A DNA stretch of 63,856 nucleotides, filler included, from Phoronis australis (lineage: Eukaryota > Animalia > Phoronida), in NCBI GenBank assembly GCA_002633005.1. It is 5 parts of 5 records of this genome, joined end to end, with 100 filler letters (N's around TTAATTAATTAA, not from the genome) between each part and the next. Parts side by side here need not be neighbours in the genome. Positions count along the whole stretch, not along the records: positions 16,451 to 34,252 come from NMRA01001481.1; positions 34,353 to 48,113 come from NMRA01001575.1; 3 more parts are not named here. One strand, written 5' to 3'. The notes under the pieces were generated by a model that was not told the origin of the DNA, did not search any database, and saw nothing but the letters and a program-made list of their open reading frames with translations. Positions 26,273 to 38,401 of this stretch are shown piece by piece (the first letter of the stretch is position 1; the number at the start of each line of letters is the position of its first letter). The translations under genes were made by a program, and so were the position numbers.

Positions 26273-27903
26273 ATCGCACCAGATACTAGCAAATAACAGA
26301 AAAAGAAAACATTTAGAATGTTTGGAAAGTGAATTTATTTCAATTTGTTTCAGTTTTTGCTTGTCCAGTCTGAGTTACAATTTTGTGTACTCAGGCTTAT
26401 ATTCAGATGATCGTGAGGTCTATCACATGTAACATCGCTCAAGTATTTTTCCGGTTTCGTTCTCTGTAAATCCATGATCTGCTCAGTAAGTATTCCAAGC
26501 TCATCGAAAAAACATTATTTTGCTTTCGTCGGAATGAATGTTTGTGGGTTCAAATAGATGACGATTCTTTATGGTTTATATCTCCTCTCTTCCTGATTGA
26601 ATGGAATTAATAGCTTGACTGACATTTTGAAACTTCCCATAAGAAAGACGCTGTTGCCATGCACACGGCACTCTCGAGCAATTGCTTCTCCTAAATATTA
26701 TCGAATGTTATTAAGATTCTATTTCACAACGTTCAAAAATGCCTTAAGGACACCCGTTTTATTTTGATACAATTTACCTGAAGCAAAGATAAACACAATT
26801 TCACGTGAAAGTTGATCACCTGGTCGACGTCGCCGTCACAAGGAGCTCTACTGGCTGTCGCTTAACGGAAACATAAACCAGTCACATCTTATTGTCGGAA
26901 GGGAAAAAGCAACTTGTGCAAAAGTAAGTTTGGCTGTAAGTTGGAGTCGTTAAAATTTCATGCCATTTTTTGATGACACTATGAAATAATGAGTCGAGTA
27001 CGCCTGAAACAGCACCAACATGTTTTGGCTAAAATAAGCCTGATAAAAACGTTCGAATGATTCCAGTTCGTGACGTGAGAGAAAAAATAACATTAAATTT
27101 GTTTTCAAGTGTGTAGTTACAGTTATTCTATGACCGGAAACTGGCCCCTAATTTAGTCTACCCCTCTCCACTTCCCTAGATAGCCCCACAATTAACTGTT
27201 TCATCCCGCTTCTTTCTGCTATGACATATTGATGTCAATCAAAAGATATTCATTTGAATTTCCGTTATCGACTAGCCATAAGTTAAATTTAACTTGTTAA
27301 TACATTTATGGTCATTACTTTGACGTTTGTCATTTTTATTGTTACATCAACTCTTAGGGTTTACTTTACATTACTTCTTTCTATTTACATCATCCGGGTT
27401 CTACTTTTGTATTCATACACCTCTGTACTCGACAGCTGATTGGTCACTTTTCCTTTGACCAGTACAGCGTGGTCTAGTTCATTCGGCCACCTAACTCGTT
27501 GCCAACAAGACCTCTTTGTTTTTTTCTCAGTATTTTTCTCGACTCCGTCTGGGGAGTTTTTATTTCCCTTATTATACTCTATGTGATAGATCCTTCAGGC
27601 CTTCTTGTTAGTCTTTTTCTCTTTGTATATTTTCTCTTAGGCCCTTCAGGCTTTTCTTAATATATTTTTTCTTGTATTAAGCGTACTTCTATAAACACGC
27701 CGGTGGCGTTTTTTTTCATGCCCCTCTCGCAGAGTCTTCTTTTTTCTTACATAATAAATGACATTATTCGCAATCCTCATCTTGTTTTACTCTGCAAAAT
27801 AGCTCGTCGTGTACTCCGGGCAAAATAGATAAGACCAAGTAATATTGTCAGCAAATCTCGATTCACATAAAATCTCCTTTTTTCTTGTCGATTCCTCCAG
27901 CGT

Positions 27904-28043
27904 TTAAACCTCTTCTGCAATAATTCGACACACGCTGTTCCAACAAGTGTCTGCGTCGCTAGGTCCACTTGAACCAGGACACACACCCACATTAAAACTT
28001 ATGGTCAGTTCACCTGCCAACGGCACCTTGCAGATTCCTACAA
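27904..28043 (-). CDS. CTHRC1: CTHRC1-like last coding exon
   Basis: IVGICKVPLAGELTISFNVGVCPGSSGPSDADTCWNSVCRIIAEEV*. Confidence 0.9.
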
Positions 28044-31000
28044 CTATAGAGAAAACATGGTTCAGTAAACAAAATTGGTTTTGGCGTACCTATATGTTAC
28101 TACCCATCCAGGTCGGATTCGCTATTCTTCAGATTATTTCATGGTTAATTTAAAAGTTACTCAAATGATTATTGTTCAGTTGTTTACCCTGAGATAACCT
28201 GAATTTCAGTCGTCCTGCCAGATGTTACAACTTATTTTACCTTTAGTAACTCATGCTTGAAAGTGTATAATCGAAGAACCTATAAAAACAACGGATTTCA
28301 TTTTATCGATGAAGTCTTAAGATTTATATACGTACTGGTAGTCTGCTGGTGCATATTGAGTGCTATGTCCTGAAAAATGGTGCCGTCTATGGCAGCAGGA
28401 CTTTTGCATTCCTTGTTGTTGATTTTGAAGAACCAGCGACTGCAACCAGCACCCGTGGTGGGCGGCGTCATCACGCGCAAGTTACCACTCCACGTGAGTT
28501 TTAGTGAGGAATTTATTTTCTTTTTCAAGAACTTGACTGACTGAAAGAAATATTAATAACATTTAACTAAACCGACCTAATGCACTAATGGACGGATAAT
28601 TAATACTTTTTATCTGTGTTAGTTTTCGTTTATTAATTGAAGACAATAAAGCAAATTTAGAAACCAACTTAGCCAAAAGTTTTCCTTTCATCTGCTTGCA
28701 TTTATCATCCAGAAGAACCACACCCAGAAGAAGAAAAAGTGGTCGAACATAATTACCAAACGCGCCGTCTGGACCCAAAATCCAATTTTCGAAGTCTAAT
28801 TCCATCCGGGTTTCTACTCTATTTAGAAGGAACTCGTGCAAAGTGACTTACTTATTGTACAAATAAGGTCTACGCGTTCGCTCTTAATGATCGCTTCAAG
28901 CTATCCACCAGCCTTGTTCAGGAAGATACTAGTTTTGCATCTTCTTCAGTTTAAAGTTAGAATAAATTGACACCATGAGCTGTCAGCCATCTTTATTTTT
29001 TCAACAACCACTAGAGGTCAGTAGAGAGGCATTAATTCTTCATCTATTAAATAGGGACAACGCTTCCAGAATCTCTGCAGAACATCCCTAGTGATCAGAT
29101 ACTTCCGATATCAAATTTCAAAGTTCATATAAAACGTACCACAATTTCGCCAATGTCTTTATGGACACTTAAATTATTCCACTCGTACTGCTTAAGGTTT
29201 CTGCAAGTAAAAAATGGAGTTGTAATCAGTGAAAGGGTCGTTACGGCTTAAAACTCGCTCACTATATATTTTAAAGTATTTAGCATCGTGTGTTTATAAC
29301 ATTTAACACAAACAAATGATACAATCTACATTTGAAATAAATTATAGCCAACAGTACAATGGATAATTTCTCGATGTAGCAGAAATTGTAGCAGAAGTGT
29401 CAGGGTTCAAAATTATTCCATGGCTACGATTCTAAATTCCATCTACGATCCCCTAAGCTCTAGACCTAGACCATAAAACACTAATCCAGAGGTTGTATCC
29501 CATAGATGCAAACATAACGCCGAAAATTCTCCGATACCTAAGGAGTAGATTCCTTATCAGGAACCAGGTTTGGGTCTGGTGATTTGTCCCCAGGTATGAA
29601 GTTTGGTCAACGACTATGGAACATTTTCGGCACGTGAGTAGAGTTTATGGGCGTGGATTTGGTATTTGCTAGTCAGGGACTGGGAAAAGTAAATAAATTT
29701 TAGAGCAGCGGCAACGGCATTGTTTCCTCCCTCTGAAATCTCCCACAACAAACCTTTTTGTTAGTTGGAGAGGAAACTGAAATTTCAAAACTCTCCGTGC
29801 ATCAGGATGCTGATTCATGCACGTGACTCTGCTCTAATATGTCCATCCGTTTTAGTACGGGCAAAGATTTTCTAATCTTGTTATCGGTAATAAAATTGTG
29901 AACAATGCAGTTCTGTACGTGGACTTTCTATGGCGCAGTTAGCAACTTTCGAGATTTTAAAAAATATGTTCACTCAAAGCGAGTAATAGCAATTAATTAC
30001 CTGCCGCTTGATTCTAGCACCTAGAATTAAAGAGGATATTTTGTTAATATTAAAACAAACCTTGTTTTACTAAATACACTAGCAATAATACAAAACGTAC
30101 AACCAGTTACATAGGGTGTCCCAAAAATGTACTCGCTCTTCAGGACGGCGCCAGGAGTTCAAATTCAGTTCCTTTGGATCACTCTCTGCTCCCAAGCCTA
30201 CTGTATGATTATACCAGAGTTCCTGGGTTTTACCTTTCTGTGGAGCTAATAGCGCGGTAATTGCAAACGACACTGTTTTTGAGAATGAAAATTTAGCGCG
30301 CACCATTACTCGGTGGGCTCAAAGATGTCAAGGAAGGGTAAAAACAATTCAAAAGAATTTTTACAAAAAATCTAACATTGCCTTTGATTGAAAGACTTAA
30401 TCATCTGCGACGACTTCCGTCAAGAATTTAAAACCAGTAATCTTACCAATACACAATTACGTTATTGTCGTTTAAAGTGTGCGTAGTACTACATTTTGAG
30501 GGCATCTTGTATTAGAACTTGTTTGTAATGCCATCTAATAATAAACATCCGCTCGTGGTACATACTACTATGTAAGGTAAGACGAAACCATTTGTCTTCA
30601 GTCGCTGTTCCACTGGCACAATAAACCATTTGAGGGTTTCGAAATTTAACACAAAAGTGGGGCAAAAAATCGCCATCTTGTCGCATCGCCGTAAGGTCTA
30701 TAGCCCTGGACATGGAAAACTAGCGTTAACTCTTAACAATCCTCAAGCGAATTCCTACTGTGAAATAATACAGCCTCCCGTTCAGCAACCCTTGAACCTC
30801 GCTAAAAAGCAAGACTTCGCGAGATCACGTGAGATATTGCCGAAAATTTAAATGAATTCACGTGATTTTGGCTAGATTTTAGCTAGGTCCTAGCGTAGAT
30901 CCTAGAGTTACTGAACGCACGCCAGGTTAGCACCATGAGGCCAAATGAGACAAAAACACATTGCTTCAGCTGTCTTACAAAAGGTCTAAGGGTTTACCTG

Positions 31001-31284
31001 CAAGCGTTCTTCAAGCTTCTGAAGTTTATCTGAAATTAAAAGAATTGCGGATTTAAGTCTATAGACAAACTCTGTTTCTAAGTCCGTGTACACCAGTAAC
31101 GCATTTCCGACGTAAGTAAACCGCGATTAATGAGGCAGTGTTACACGTTGGCCATAAATGACGGTGTCGAATTCGGTGAAATTGTGAAAGAAACAGAGAG
31201 ATAATTACCACAACAGAAGTGCTGAGCACCAACTATGCTGGCAACCAACACGTAGTACACAATTATGCGCAAGAGCATCTTCAT
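27904..31284 (-). CDS. CTHRC1: Secreted CTHRC1-family protein lacking the collagen triple helix, 177 aa; exons 31284-31209, 31029-30998, 30020-30001, 29200-29140, 28540-28336, 28043-27904
   Basis: Six GT-AG exons with compatible phases (76+32+20+61+205+140=534 nt). NLKQYEWNNL..DIGEIV, SSLKLTWSGNLR, CSRWFFKINNKECKSPAAIDG and DADTCWNSVCRIIAEEV match the CTHRC1 C-terminal domain (NYKQCSW, ALRVLFSGSLR, CQRWYFTFNGAEC, GWNSVSRIIIEEL). Confidence 0.85.
28336..28540 (-). CDS. CTHRC1: CTHRC1-like exon 5
   Basis: SVKFLKKKINSSLKLTWSGNLRV...CSRWFFKINNKEC...NMHQQTT; ttcag/gtacgt. Confidence 0.9.
29140..29200 (-). CDS. CTHRC1: CTHRC1-like exon 4
   Basis: NLKQYEWNNLSVHKDIGEIV; gcag/gtacgt. Confidence 0.85.
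30001..30020 (-). CDS. CTHRC1: CTHRC1-like 20-nt microexon (VLESSGR)
   Basis: ttctag|GTGCTAGAATCAAGCGGCAG|gtaatt; supplies the needed phase 0 to 2 bridge. Confidence 0.65.
30998..31029 (-). CDS. CTHRC1: CTHRC1-like exon 2 (DKLQKLEERLQ)
   Basis: atttcag/gtaaac, phase 1 to 0. Confidence 0.7.
31209..31284 (-). CDS. CTHRC1: CTHRC1-like exon 1 (signal peptide MKMLLRIIVYYVLVASIVGA-QHFCC)
   Basis: Classic signal peptide, donor G|gtaatt. Confidence 0.8.
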
Positions 31285-31355
31285 TGTAAAGTAAACAAGT
31301 TGCGTGCTATTGACTGGCGAATCTACAATCTACGCAATTAAAGTTTGATGCGAGA

Positions 31356-31364
31356 CTTTATATA
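31356..31364 (-). promoter_or_regulatory. Candidate TATA box of the CTHRC1-like gene
   Basis: TATATAAAG about 72 nt upstream of the ATG. Confidence 0.5.
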
Positions 31365-34252
31365 TGTTCTGTGTTACTTCCGATAAAGCTTAAAAACTAG
31401 GTTAAGGTCAGAAAAGTTATCATTTTTGTAAAATGCATTCTGTAAAAAGCTACCGTACTAGTCGCATAGATTGTCACCTGTGGAATGCGAAGACATCGAC
31501 TTCTAGATAATAGGTTTAACATCTATATTTATGCTAAATTGTAAGGAATGTGAAGTATTATAGCACTATGAATATGTTGTGCGTGTGAGGGCGCACGTGG
31601 GTGTGCATTAAATGTCCCTCCGCACCCTTTCCTTGTTTACTATTCGTGTTGCTAAGATGGTGAAATAAAAACACGTAATGCGCAGTTGGCAATATTTCGA
31701 TGCAGTGAGCGCTAAGCAGTGGTGTAACGAGTCGTAGATGCGTGTAAGCCCAATGAGCTATATACATATTTATCTCATTGTGTAAGCCCATTTATTTCGC
31801 AAGTCAACTCTAGAGCATTGTCTTGCTTAGCCGATGCGGTCGTATTATCATTCTTATGTAACCAGATGCAGTATTTTCAGACGAAAAAGCACGACATAAT
31901 CTTGACACATTGGGCATCAAAAATAATACCAAGGGACCATTTCTGTCTTCGATAACTTCTTCTTCCCTTCCTTTTGCCTTTGATGATTAAATTTTGAGTA
32001 GATTCACGATATGTCAAATTCAACGACGTTTTGTTTGGCAGTTTTAGGTGAGCTGTCTCTTCGACGAGACGGTCCCACCTCATAAATGTGTAGCGTATTC
32101 TCACCATAGGTGGCACTCAATAGTTTTCCATATTTTTGCCTCCCGTCCCAATGCAGAGGGAACTGAGTAAAATCGGTTTATTTCTTGTCTACATCAAAAC
32201 CACAGAATATGAAACATATGCAGGTGCCATGCTAAAAAACGAGCAAAATACACAAAATTGGCTGTTTTTTACTCAAAACCACAACTCGTATGCGACTACT
32301 AAGCACCAGCAGACAACAAACTCAAAATGCCAAAACGCTCCAGATGCTAAAAATTGGGAAGACAATGGGTGTCGTCCACACCGTTTTTCTAACCTGAAAA
32401 TTCTGACGGGTACCTGAATTTGCAGCCACAGCTTGCCTTGTCGACAGGAAGTGGTAGATTGGAAGTCATATTCGGTTTTCAAGCTGCAAATTGTCAAAGT
32501 AGTGGTTTTGCTGACAAACCGAAAAATGTTCCATCAAACATACTGGTTGATATCTCGTCTACATGCTACTTTAAGCCGTGTGGTAGTGTACAAATTTCTA
32601 GAAAAAAATAAAGCCTTTGAAAACTTCTTGGATCACTCAGTAGGGACAGGTAACTATTTTTTCTCTAACATGCCAACCGAGAAATTGAAAAACGAAAAAT
32701 TAAAACATCGAAAATTGAATCAATTTTCTAATTTTCCGATTTCGTTGAAAATTAATTTGATCCTTTCGCACACAGACCTTCTGGACTGACTGCTGGTGGA
32801 CGAATCCGGTGGAGTCGCCTCTGGTGTTCAGATTGCTTGTGGACCGGACTTTAATGAGAATCAATTTGCTTCTTATGTCATAGAGCCACATTTAGGTTTC
32901 ATAACGCGCCTTGTAGAAGGTAAAACCCACGAAGAAATTTCCACAACGTTGAGTAAATAAGTAAATTTTTATTATAGTGACATGTGTTCGTACAGATGGA
33001 TTAAAACAATAAATACGTAACAAAATACAGGAACACTCAGTCCACCACGGGGCTTATAAGTCATCAGTGGAGGGGCCTGTCATATACAGCGACCACAACT
33101 CCGGCTCTATGGTAGCGGTACTGTACTGCTCATAGTGAGGAATCCAACCTGTCCTAGCGTGATGTGCAACAAGTCAAACGTCTTGCCTGCACTCCGGAGG
33201 GGGGGTGAGCTTCAATGAATATGGAGGTAAATCCGAGACAAGCATCGGTCCGTTTCCCATTGGTTGCGACTACCTTTTTCCCACATTCCCTGCCACTCCT
33301 CTACCAGGGTCACGGCCCCACGCGGGTTGTAGCGGTGGACAGGATTGTTCATCCATGAACAACACTACCCATGTGTCACATACTGAGCCACAACACCACG
33401 TTCCTTACAATATCTTTTTTATCACTCCGGCTGTTCTGTTCACTCAGCTTGTCTCGAACCTGCTTTGTAGGTTGTTATAGCCCAGTTGGTGTACTCACTT
33501 GGTACTTTATATGATATTTGCTCATTTGGCAGTTTGTACCAATTTGGTAGTTGTTATTGAATTTGCCGTTTTGCTCTACCCGCTTGGTAGGCAATCGGCC
33601 AATACACATTTGGTATTATGTACACACTTGGTACTATGCTAACCTGTGCCACTTAGTATCCGATACTCAATTACACATTGGGTATCGTAAATGTTATCTC
33701 TTGTAATTAAGGAGCCCAAATGGTTCCTTAAGTGAATTTGTAGAGACGTGACCCTGAAATTCCCAATACAACCTAAAATATATATTATTCTTGATGTTTT
33801 ATTTGTCCCCAATTATGAGATTTATGGCACTCTGACATAAATCCTATTATTTGGGCAAAAAACATTCTACAGCCCTTCATGCTTCATATTCAACTCCTAG
33901 TTAGTTCCTACCTAGTCCGATGGTAGCGCTGTTTGTTCTTTCTCTCCAGCTTCGTGTTGGCCCAGCCTCAAGCAACAGTACATTCACTTTTAAGTTTTCC
34001 CAATTAGACAATTTGATACCTCTCCCACCCTCCCTACCCAGGGTTCCACAACAACCGATTTATACGTTTCCCACCTTCCCTATCTTTTGTCGAACAAAAT
34101 CTGCTGTTGCTTATTATTGTTATTGCAGCCACTGCGGGTACCTCCTTCAAGCCTGGAGCGTGTTACCGTCAAGCAAGAAAAGACGTCATAGGCTAGCGAC
34201 CAGACCTGTACTCGAGCGTCCATCACTGCACCTTGCCTTTCTCTACCCCAGT

Positions 34253-34352
34253 NNNNNNNNNNNNNNNNNNNNNNNNNNNNNNNNNNNNNNNNNNNNTTAA
34301 TTAATTAANNNNNNNNNNNNNNNNNNNNNNNNNNNNNNNNNNNNNNNNNNNN
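34253..34352. other. Artificial 100-nt spacer
   Basis: N44-TTAATTAATTAA-N44. Confidence 0.97.
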
Positions 34353-35245
34353 TACCAGCTTGTTCTTCATTCATGAACATGGACTCCTCGAAGTGATGAG
34401 AGCATAACTTGCGGTTCTTGGAAAAATAGGTTGCATCTCTATTCATCAGGTCAGCTCCCAGCGCTTGCACCTGAACAGAAATCAATGACTGAGAGACTCA
34501 GGAACAAACCTCATACTCACTAGGTTCACAGAAGATTGGTAGCCTACACTAAAATACACTACACTACATAATTCCTGTCGTACTGTGATTGTGATAGAGA
34601 CAAAAGCGTTTTGGTGTCAACTGAAAAAAAACTCTGACCCAAATGTTGATCCACGGATATTTTAACAGGACCGCGCCTCCGCATCATTGACACATAGAAT
34701 TAAGTTTTCAATGACGCACTGCTTAACTTAATTGGTCCAACTGGCACCTTAAAATTATGTTCGCATTTTTCACCTTTTCACCGAGACCCATAGATTCGCT
34801 AACTTGACTCATGACAGACTTGTGGCCTTGTGGCTGTGATTGTGCCATGGCTGTGTCACCAGTCATGTTAGTCAATGAACTCATGGCCATGGGCATGGGT
34901 ACGTTTTCCTAAAATTGTCCCTGCGATCGTACGGGTGACATTTTGATTTGGAATTGATGGACTGCAAGTATCCAAAAAGCTGACGATCACATCGTACGTT
35001 CATCATAGTCATTCCGCCGGCATCCCGGTTGTACAGTAGGCCTAGCCTACACTGCAGACCACAGATCAGTGGCAACGGGAGTGTGATCGACTTGTCTAAC
35101 AACCGTGAACAGAATACACAAAATGAAAGCCAATGTATCATTTTATTGAATAACAGATAATCCTTACCTTTCTGGATCCTTAGGAAACGTAAAATGAGAC
35201 GCCTGGGGTTTTCGTGGATGAATTCATGAAATTTATCGCATTGTC
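34353..35245 (-). pseudogene. Degenerate spliced THAP domain of THAP12/PRKRIR-like type (transposon 5' part); exons ~35245-35168 and 34470-34353
   Basis: AINFMNSSTKTPGVSF/FPKDPER|gtaagg ... cag|CKRW/ADLMNRDATYFSKNRKLCSHHFEESMFMN; frameshifts; truncated by the spacer. Confidence 0.7.
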
Positions 35246-35281
35246 TTGGCGCTTCCTGGTTGACAGTTGCTTGTTCACCAC

Positions 35282-35405
35282 TTGAAGGCGCTAGTAGTAG
35301 CGGTTACAGCGAACTCACAAGTGAACTCTCCTATACTACTACAATTGGCGGCGCTAGTAGTAGTGGTAACAGCGAACTCACAAGTGAACTCTCCTATACT
35401 ACTAC
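35282..35405. repeat. Two tandem ~63-bp copies upstream of the THAP remnant
   Basis: GGCGCTAGTAGTAGyGGTwACAGCGAACTCACAAGTGAACTCTCCTATACTACTACA x2. Confidence 0.9.
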
Positions 35406-36246
35406 ACTCCTTGGTGTTAGGTCACGCGAAAGCAAACTGAAAACATTTTAGGCTTAGAGGGATAATGTCAAAATGAAAAGTGATTTTCTAGGTTCACTGG
35501 CCTCAGCTTGGAGTCTAACCTGCAACCACAGCGGTTGCAGCCTACCAGTATATCTGTGCTGGTGAAGCTTAACCCCATTCGATAAATGACGTGTATCCCA
35601 CGCATATTTACTTGGTAAAGACAGTGGCGTTTGTTTCAGGGAATGTCTCGCAGACATTGGCGAACTTCACTGTTTTATTTCTGGTCAAACTTGAAAATTA
35701 TCTCATCGAGCAGTATTCCAAAAATGCGTTTCGCGGAAACATGTTTTAAAAGGTTTTGAAATTTAAAAGGCGTATAGTGAAAGGTTTGAAATTGTCTGTC
35801 GTTTGAAAGCAAAGCGTTTTAGCTTGAACGTTTTAAGACATGACACAAAGAGAAATACTTGTGGCGCCTTCAAGCCCATGGGCCTACATCCGAAATAATA
35901 CCCTTCTGCGGTCTTTTTTTAGAAAAGTGATTCACATATTTACGCATGCGCCTACAGAAGCTTTGCATATAGCCAGGGTACTGTCCTCTGCAGAGGCCGT
36001 TTTGACAACCGTTGTGCCTCCCAACGGCGGCAATTTGTTTACGCTTGGCTCCGTAACTTTGGAGTCCCTTGGTGGTAATTTCAGGAAATTTCATTGGTAA
36101 ATAGTTTCGTATTAGCTTATTGCCTAGCCATTATGCCTCTATCTGAAATGATGGCTTTTTGGAACCTTTTTTATTCAAGTGGTTCGCATGTTGACGTATG
36201 CGGCTAAGTTCCGCGTACAAGCGCAGTTCTGCACAGACGCCCATAC

Positions 36247-36883
36247 GCAGAATGGTGAATGTTGGCCAATTCCCCTTTTGTCCACTGACGTCACAAGCAT
36301 ACTTGCGCCCCCAGTGGAGGCCCTGAGAACTCGTAAATAAACCGAGTTCATGAACCCGGTAGTATCCAGCCTAGCAACAGCCGAGCCAAGCAGACTTGTA
36401 TTTATTGTGGGACGTTGAGTATCGCTTTTTTCTAAAAACATAATGCATGGTTTATAATAATGAATGGTGTATAGTACCAATTAATTATGATTGAAAGATT
36501 CCTTTTTAGTCGAGCGTAAACGAGGCTATTTCGCGTGGGGATAAAACTTTGGCTTTGCCGGCGTGTGTAACACCATAGACTATAGTTGTCTATAATCTAT
36601 GGTAACACAGAAGAACAGTTGGATCGTGTTGCAGGATCGCTAGAATGAATATTCCAATTTTCTTAAATTATTGGAACAATATTGATTTTCTGAGAAGTAT
36701 GACATGCGACATTATTTAAAAAACACACTAAAACATAGCGACTCTGGAAAAATCATAAAAAAACACTTTAACCACAGTCGCCAACATGCTTGTTTACGAG
36801 TTCTCAGGGCCTCCACTGGGGGCGCCAGTATGCTTGTGACGTCAGTGGACAAAAGGGGAATTGGCCAACATTCACCATTCTGC
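36247..36883. mobile_element. Mutator (MULE)-type MITE with ~90-bp near-perfect TIRs and a 9-bp TSD
   Basis: TIR GCAGAATGGTGAATGTTGGCCAATTCC...; CGCCCATAC at 36238-36246 and 36884-36892. Confidence 0.88.
36574..36601. mobile_element. 28-bp palindromic insert with 7-bp TSD (P-element-like ends)
   Basis: GTAACAC|CATAGACTATAGTTGTCTATAATCTATG|GTAACAC. Confidence 0.7.
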
Positions 36884-37439
36884 CGCCCATACATGTATGC
36901 CTAATGGTTCACCAATACGGTAATACTGCGCCGACCGTCATTGGCGCATAAAAAGTTTCATTGACCCAATGTGATTTCTTTAAGTTAAAGCCGGGCCTTT
37001 AATTTTTTTCAGATTTGGCTCACCCATCGGATCCATATGAAACATCCAGATACTATGCTTTATGCAGTTTTCTTCAAAACGATTTAAGGTTTTGTTCATA
37101 AGATATACCACTATTGCATAAGGGGCTATCAAAAACAAGACTCTTGATTTCCATGAAAAAAATAACTTTTCTTCCAAAGAACGACAATGAAACGATATTT
37201 AAGAAAACTTCAACAGCATTTTGTTATCGTTTTCAACATTTATAGGAAATAAGAATTGTTCATGTTATTGGTACCATTGTTTTACTATCAATGATCCCTT
37301 CTATTTTGCTATTTTTTCTATCAAGACATGACCACCCGACTCGAATAATATTCGTAAAGAGACAAAATTTAAATCATACAGAGCTAAAATATTGGGGTTT
37401 TAGGCATTTGGTTTTAATGCAGACTTGGCAGTAAGTTAC

Positions 37440-37592
37440 CAGTGGTGGATTTAGGGGGGTCAAGGGGGCCATGACCCCCTAAAATTATCCCAGATTTCAT
37501 TTGGCAGTTCGGGGGTGCGAAGGTCTGACGGGCAAAATCCTGGCTAATACTCTGCCCTGTCATCCCAACTCAAAATCCTGGATCAGCCCCTG
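37440..37592. mobile_element. ~155-bp MITE, same family as 47306-47461 (older copy)
   Basis: CAGTGGTGGATTTAGG ... CCTGGATCAGCCCCTG; colinear internal match. Confidence 0.8.
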
Positions 37593-38274
37593 GGTCCTGC
37601 ACTGACCTTAAAAGAAACTTATAGAACGTTTGTGTGCATTATCTGACAAAACTTTGAAATGTGAAATACGTTTTATCCCATACGCGTTGAATCAGTCGAG
37701 GGAAAAACGGCCATGTAATAATGTTTTCCGTATTCACCTCCAGCACTACTTCAACAGCGACCTCTGACATGGAATGTTCAAAAAGTAGGTCAATGTCGAC
37801 TCGACGTCGATACCTGGTTCGATCATCAAACTTTTAGAAAATATTAGCAGTTGCAACAGTGTGAGTAACACTTAAAACATGAAATCAGGCCTCAGTCGTA
37901 ACATTCAGAGCAGGACTGTTAATTACTGGGTATAAGACAGTTCTGTCTCAACTTTCAATTGCCAATATTTTGTCGTCTGCAACTCAGGCGCCGATTCCTC
38001 GGTACTACAATATCACATACTGTTACTTAACTATTTTCAGGAGATGTTACAAGTTCAATGCACAGTTTCCGTTACTTTCTTCTTTGTTATCCCTTTTTCA
38101 AGTAATAAATCGTTACATTTAAAACCGTTTCTTTTACTAGAGAAAACTTGCAACCTAACGCGCAAGTAAATAGATATAGGCTGTGATCCACCACGTGAAC
38201 AGTCTGAGTGAAGTATTTGAAAAATCTGGCGAAGAAATGTAAGAAACTTAGGAATTTGATGCGTATGGGATAAA

Positions 38275-38401
38275 TACAAAACGTACCTCGATTAGCGTAC
38301 ATGAAGTAATTTCCCACGAGGCATTATTCCGCGTATCGACCTCGACCTTCGGTCTAGTGGGTTATTACTTCATCAACGCCGCTCTCGGTACGTTTTGTGT
38401 A
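38275..38401. mobile_element. Small hairpin MITE
   Basis: ACAAAACGTACC..ATGAAGTAAT..CCCAC is mirrored by GTGGG..ATTACTTCAT..GGTACGTTTTGT. Confidence 0.6.

Noticed and set aside
30079-30306. ORF MVRAKF... as a CTHRC1-like exon
   Set aside because: Weak splice signals; exons 31029-30998 and 30020-30001 already join in phase and give a coherent coiled-coil. It cannot be fully excluded as an alternative exon
32900-33400. Possible solo LTR (minus strand TGTGAC...CTACA with AATAAA)
   Set aside because: No matching TSD, partner LTR or convincing primer-binding site
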